Below the pieces are notes generated by a model. The model did no database searches. It worked only from the letters and a program-made list of their open reading frames with translations, and had not been told where the DNA came from. This document shows positions 61,417 to 64,000 of a DNA stretch of 64,000 nucleotides, piece by piece (positions within the stretch are counted from its first letter, which is position 1; the number at the start of each line of letters is the position of its first letter). The DNA comes from Flavobacteriales bacterium. GTDB taxonomy: Bacteria > Bacteroidota > Bacteroidia > Flavobacteriales_F > PHOS-HE28. A program made the position numbers and the translations under genes. The stretch lies in assembly GCA_016712025.1 (NCBI GenBank), contig JADJRW010000016.1, forward strand, positions 4,794 through 68,793, read 5' to 3'.

Positions 61417-61483
61417 GAGCCTGTCCACGAGTGGAGCGGGTATCGCATTCCTCCTATCTTCCAGCGCCTTAACACCCTACGCC

Positions 61484-64000
61484 ATGGGCATTTTAGCGCC
61501 TCGTTATGCGGTTGTGCCTCGAACCGCCTGGTTCCTTCCCGTCGCTTTGCTCATAAGCGGCTGCGGCTCATCCACGATGGAGAGCGCTCCAGAGGCCGGC
61601 ATTGCGGACACCACGGTCTCCAAAGGCCCCTTGGTGAAGATGCATAGCGGCGAGTCGATCGGCATGCCGTTCCGCAATGCGGTGATCGAGACCGACGACA
61701 TGAACTACTACCGCTACCGGTACCTCTACGCCTCGGGCGGCGTGGCCACTGGTGATGTCGATGGCGACAGCCTGCCGGATGTGTTCCTCGTTTCGGCCTT
61801 GGATGGTTGTCGGCTCTATCACAACAATGGGGGCTTGCGGTTCACGGACATCACCGAAAAGGCCGGGGTGGTTCCCGGGAATATCTGGGCGACCGGTACC
61901 ACCATGGCCGATATCAATGGCGATGGCCACCTGGACCTCTACATCTGTTGTTCCGGCCCGGTGGATCGCTATCGGTTGCGTGACCGTGTGTATATCAACG
62001 ACGGCAAAGGGACCTTTACAGAGCGCGGCGAGGAGTTGGGCATCACGGAATCAGGGTACAATACGATGGCCTATTTCTATGACCTGGACCAGGACAACGA
62101 TCTGGATCTGTTCCTTCTGGGGCATCGGATCGATTTCAAGGAGTTCGCCCAGGTGAACACCATCATCGCGAACGAGAAGTCCCAAAGCACCGATCGGTTG
62201 TACGTGAACGATGGTACCGGGCACTTCACGGAACGTACTGCGGCCATGGGGCTGCTCACCCATAACTGGGGATTGAGCGCCTGCATCGGCGATCTTACCG
62301 GCGATGGGCGCCCGGATATTTTCGCAGCGAACGACTTCGTGCAGCCGGACAATTTGTTCGTGCAGGAGGCTGGAGGGAAGTTCCGCGATCAGGTGAAGGA
62401 CCGGCTCGGGCACATCAGTTATTTCAGCATGGGGTCCGATCTCGCGGACTTCAACAACGATGGGAGGAACGACCTCTACGTGGTGGATATGACACCACCG
62501 GACCACCTGCGCAGCAAGCAGAACATGGCGAGCATGCGCCCGAAGGATTTCGACCTGATGGCCTCCCAGGGTTGGCACGCCCAATACATGACCAACCAAT
62601 TGCACATGGCCAACGGCAACGGCACGTTCAGTGAGATCGCGCACATCGCGGGCGTGGACCGCACGGATTGGAGCTGGGCCGCACTGTTCGTGGACCTGGA
62701 CAACGACGGCTGGAAAGACCTGCTCGTGACCAATGGTCTATGGCAGGACATCTCCAACAACGATTTCGAAACGACCGTGAAGGGCTTGGAGAAACAACAT
62801 CCGGGACAGCGCGTCACCTACGAGGAGATCCAGCCCTTGATGCCGCAGACGCCCCTACCCAATTATTTGTTCCGCAACCAGGGCGACCTCACCTTCAGCA
62901 AGGCGATGGAGGAATGGGGCTACGACCACAAGAGCGCGAGCACCGGTGCGAGCTACGCTGACCTGGACCGCGACGGGGATATGGACCTTGTTGTGGTGGA
63001 TGTCAACAGCCCGGTGAAGGTGGTCGAGAACCTGAGCCGACAGCGCGATGGTTCGCACTACCTACAGATCGAATTGGAAGGCGAGGGTGCGAACACGGCG
63101 GCGATCGGCGCTACGGCCACGCTGTATACCGATGCGGGCATGCAATACGCGGAACTCGCCCTGGGCCGGGGATTCCAGAGCAGCGTGGAACCCATGATGC
63201 ACTTCGGTCTTGGCGGTTCCCGGATCGATTCATTGGTGCTGCGTTGGCCCGATGGAACGTGGACCCGCATGACCGATGTGGCGCCCGATCAACGGTTGCG
63301 CATCCGGTCCACCGCGGTGGCCCAAGCGCGACGAGGCGCCCACCATGCACCGGTATGGTTCGCTGAAAGTGCGAGCACCCTCGGTCTGGGCTTCACGCAC
63401 AAGGAAAGCGTGTACGAGGATCTTCGTGTGGAGACCCTTCTGCCCCATCGCCAATCGCAACACGGGCCCGCACTGGCGGTGGCCGATGTGAACGGCGATG
63501 GGCGCGACGATCTCTTCGTGAGCGCCGCCGCAGGTGTATCACCCGTGCTTTGGCTACAGAGCGCTGGTGAGCGGTTCACGAAGTCGTCGGCGCAACCGTG
63601 GTCCACGCATCGCGACCAGGAATTCATCGGCGCGTGCTTCTTCGATGCGGATGGTGACAAGGACCTCGATCTGTACACCGCTGCCGGAAGCACGGAGTTC
63701 GGCCCCACTTCACCACGCTACCAGGACAGGCTCTATTTCAACGATGGTCAGGGCCGCTTCACCGAGGCGAAAGATCGTCTACCCGTCATGTCCACACCCA
63801 AGCAAGTAGTGACCGCACATGATGTGGACGGTGACGGCGATCAGGATCTCTTCGTTGGCGGCCGCAACGTGCCCGACGCGTATCCACAGGCACCGAAAAG
63901 CTATCTGTTGATCAACGACAAAGGCTACTTCACCGATGCCATCGCGCAATGGTGCCCGACCGCGGAACACACCGGCATGGTGACCAGCGCGGTGTTCGCT
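61484..64000 (+). CDS. CRTAC1/ASPIC-UnbV family FG-GAP/VCBS-repeat lipoprotein (5-prime partial view; continues beyond the window)
   Basis: My own translation gives an open frame of 839 codons from the ATG at 61484 to the window end. Lipobox LISGC. Repeated DxDGDGxxDL motifs (GDVDGDSLPDVF, DINGDGHLDLY, DLDNDGWKDL, DLDRDGDMDL, DVNGDGRDDL, DADGDKDLDL, DVDGDGDQDL). UnbV-like block ATATLYTDAGMQYAELALGRGFQSSVEPMMHFGLG. Not in the ORF track, presumably because there is no stop in the window. Confidence 0.8.
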   Translation, partial: MGILAPRYAVVPRTAWFLPVALLISGCGSSTMESAPEAGIADTTVSKGPLVKMHSGESIGMPFRNAVIETDDMNYYRYRYLYASGGVATGDVDGDSLPDVFLVSALDGCRLYHNNGGLRFTDITEKAGVVPGNIWATGTTMADINGDGHLDLYICCSGPVDRYRLRDRVYINDGKGTFTERGEELGITESGYNTMAYFYDLDQDNDLDLFLLGHRIDFKEFAQVNTIIANEKSQSTDRLYVNDGTGHFTERTAAMGLLTHNWGLSACIGDLTGDGRPDIFAANDFVQPDNLFVQEAGGKFRDQVKDRLGHISYFSMGSDLADFNNDGRNDLYVVDMTPPDHLRSKQNMASMRPKDFDLMASQGWHAQYMTNQLHMANGNGTFSEIAHIAGVDRTDWSWAALFVDLDNDGWKDLLVTNGLWQDISNNDFETTVKGLEKQHPGQRVTYEEIQPLMPQTPLPNYLFRNQGDLTFSKAMEEWGYDHKSASTGASYADLDRDGDMDLVVVDVNSPVKVVENLSRQRDGSHYLQIELEGEGANTAAIGATATLYTDAGMQYAELALGRGFQSSVEPMMHFGLGGSRIDSLVLRWPDGTWTRMTDVAPDQRLRIRSTAVAQARRGAHHAPVWFAESASTLGLGFTHKESVYEDLRVETLLPHRQSQHGPALAVADVNGDGRDDLFVSAAAGVSPVLWLQSAGERFTKSSAQPWSTHRDQEFIGACFFDADGDKDLDLYTAAGSTEFGPTSPRYQDRLYFNDGQGRFTEAKDRLPVMSTPKQVVTAHDVDGDGDQDLFVGGRNVPDAYPQAPKSYLLINDKGYFTDAIAQWCPTAEHTGMVTSAVFA

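Overview
Dense, GC-rich chromosomal segment with strong G/C third-position bias, from a gliding, T9SS-bearing member of the Bacteroidota (gldJ, porU, porV and a porP/sprF-family gene are all present). I can support about 55 protein genes, two tandem tRNA-Val genes and a few hairpin terminators. I see no rRNA, CRISPR array, transposase, integrase or phage genes. Content in order: DUF4956 and ispF; the core T9SS/gliding block porV-porU / porP(sprF)-family / gldJ; murF, an acyl-CoA dehydrogenase, anmK and a GDH-family enzyme; exbB-exbD-tonB-like and folC; tRNA-Val x2; an ECF-type sigma factor translationally coupled to crtI-crtB-idi, followed by a photolyase, a small ORF, an SRPBCC protein and a methyltransferase; a PduO-type adenosyltransferase, DUF2795 and secA; comM, gmhA, and a DsbD with extra alpha domains; tilS, pabB, a T9SS cargo protein and lnt; a second PorV-like/PorU-like pair, the PorU-like member being 1,707 aa; pssA, purS, and lptB-DUF5686-tatC; recQ and two small orphan genes; an M20 amidohydrolase, a half-size TauE and a 1,090-aa propeller+barrel outer-membrane protein; an MBL hydrolase; and a CRTAC1/ASPIC-type lipoprotein that runs off the 3-prime edge and is absent from the ORF track. 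Two points stand out. (1) The paralogous PorV-like/PorU-like module at 41.4-47.5 kb is the best candidate for an understudied system. (2) At least 15 single-nucleotide frame disruptions are visible, several in homopolymer runs. They hit conserved and essential genes (ispF, pssA) and cluster in porU (5) and the PorV-like gene (2). This more likely reflects assembly or sequencing error than biology, but it needs checking. The many long antisense ORFs in the track are artefacts of high GC.
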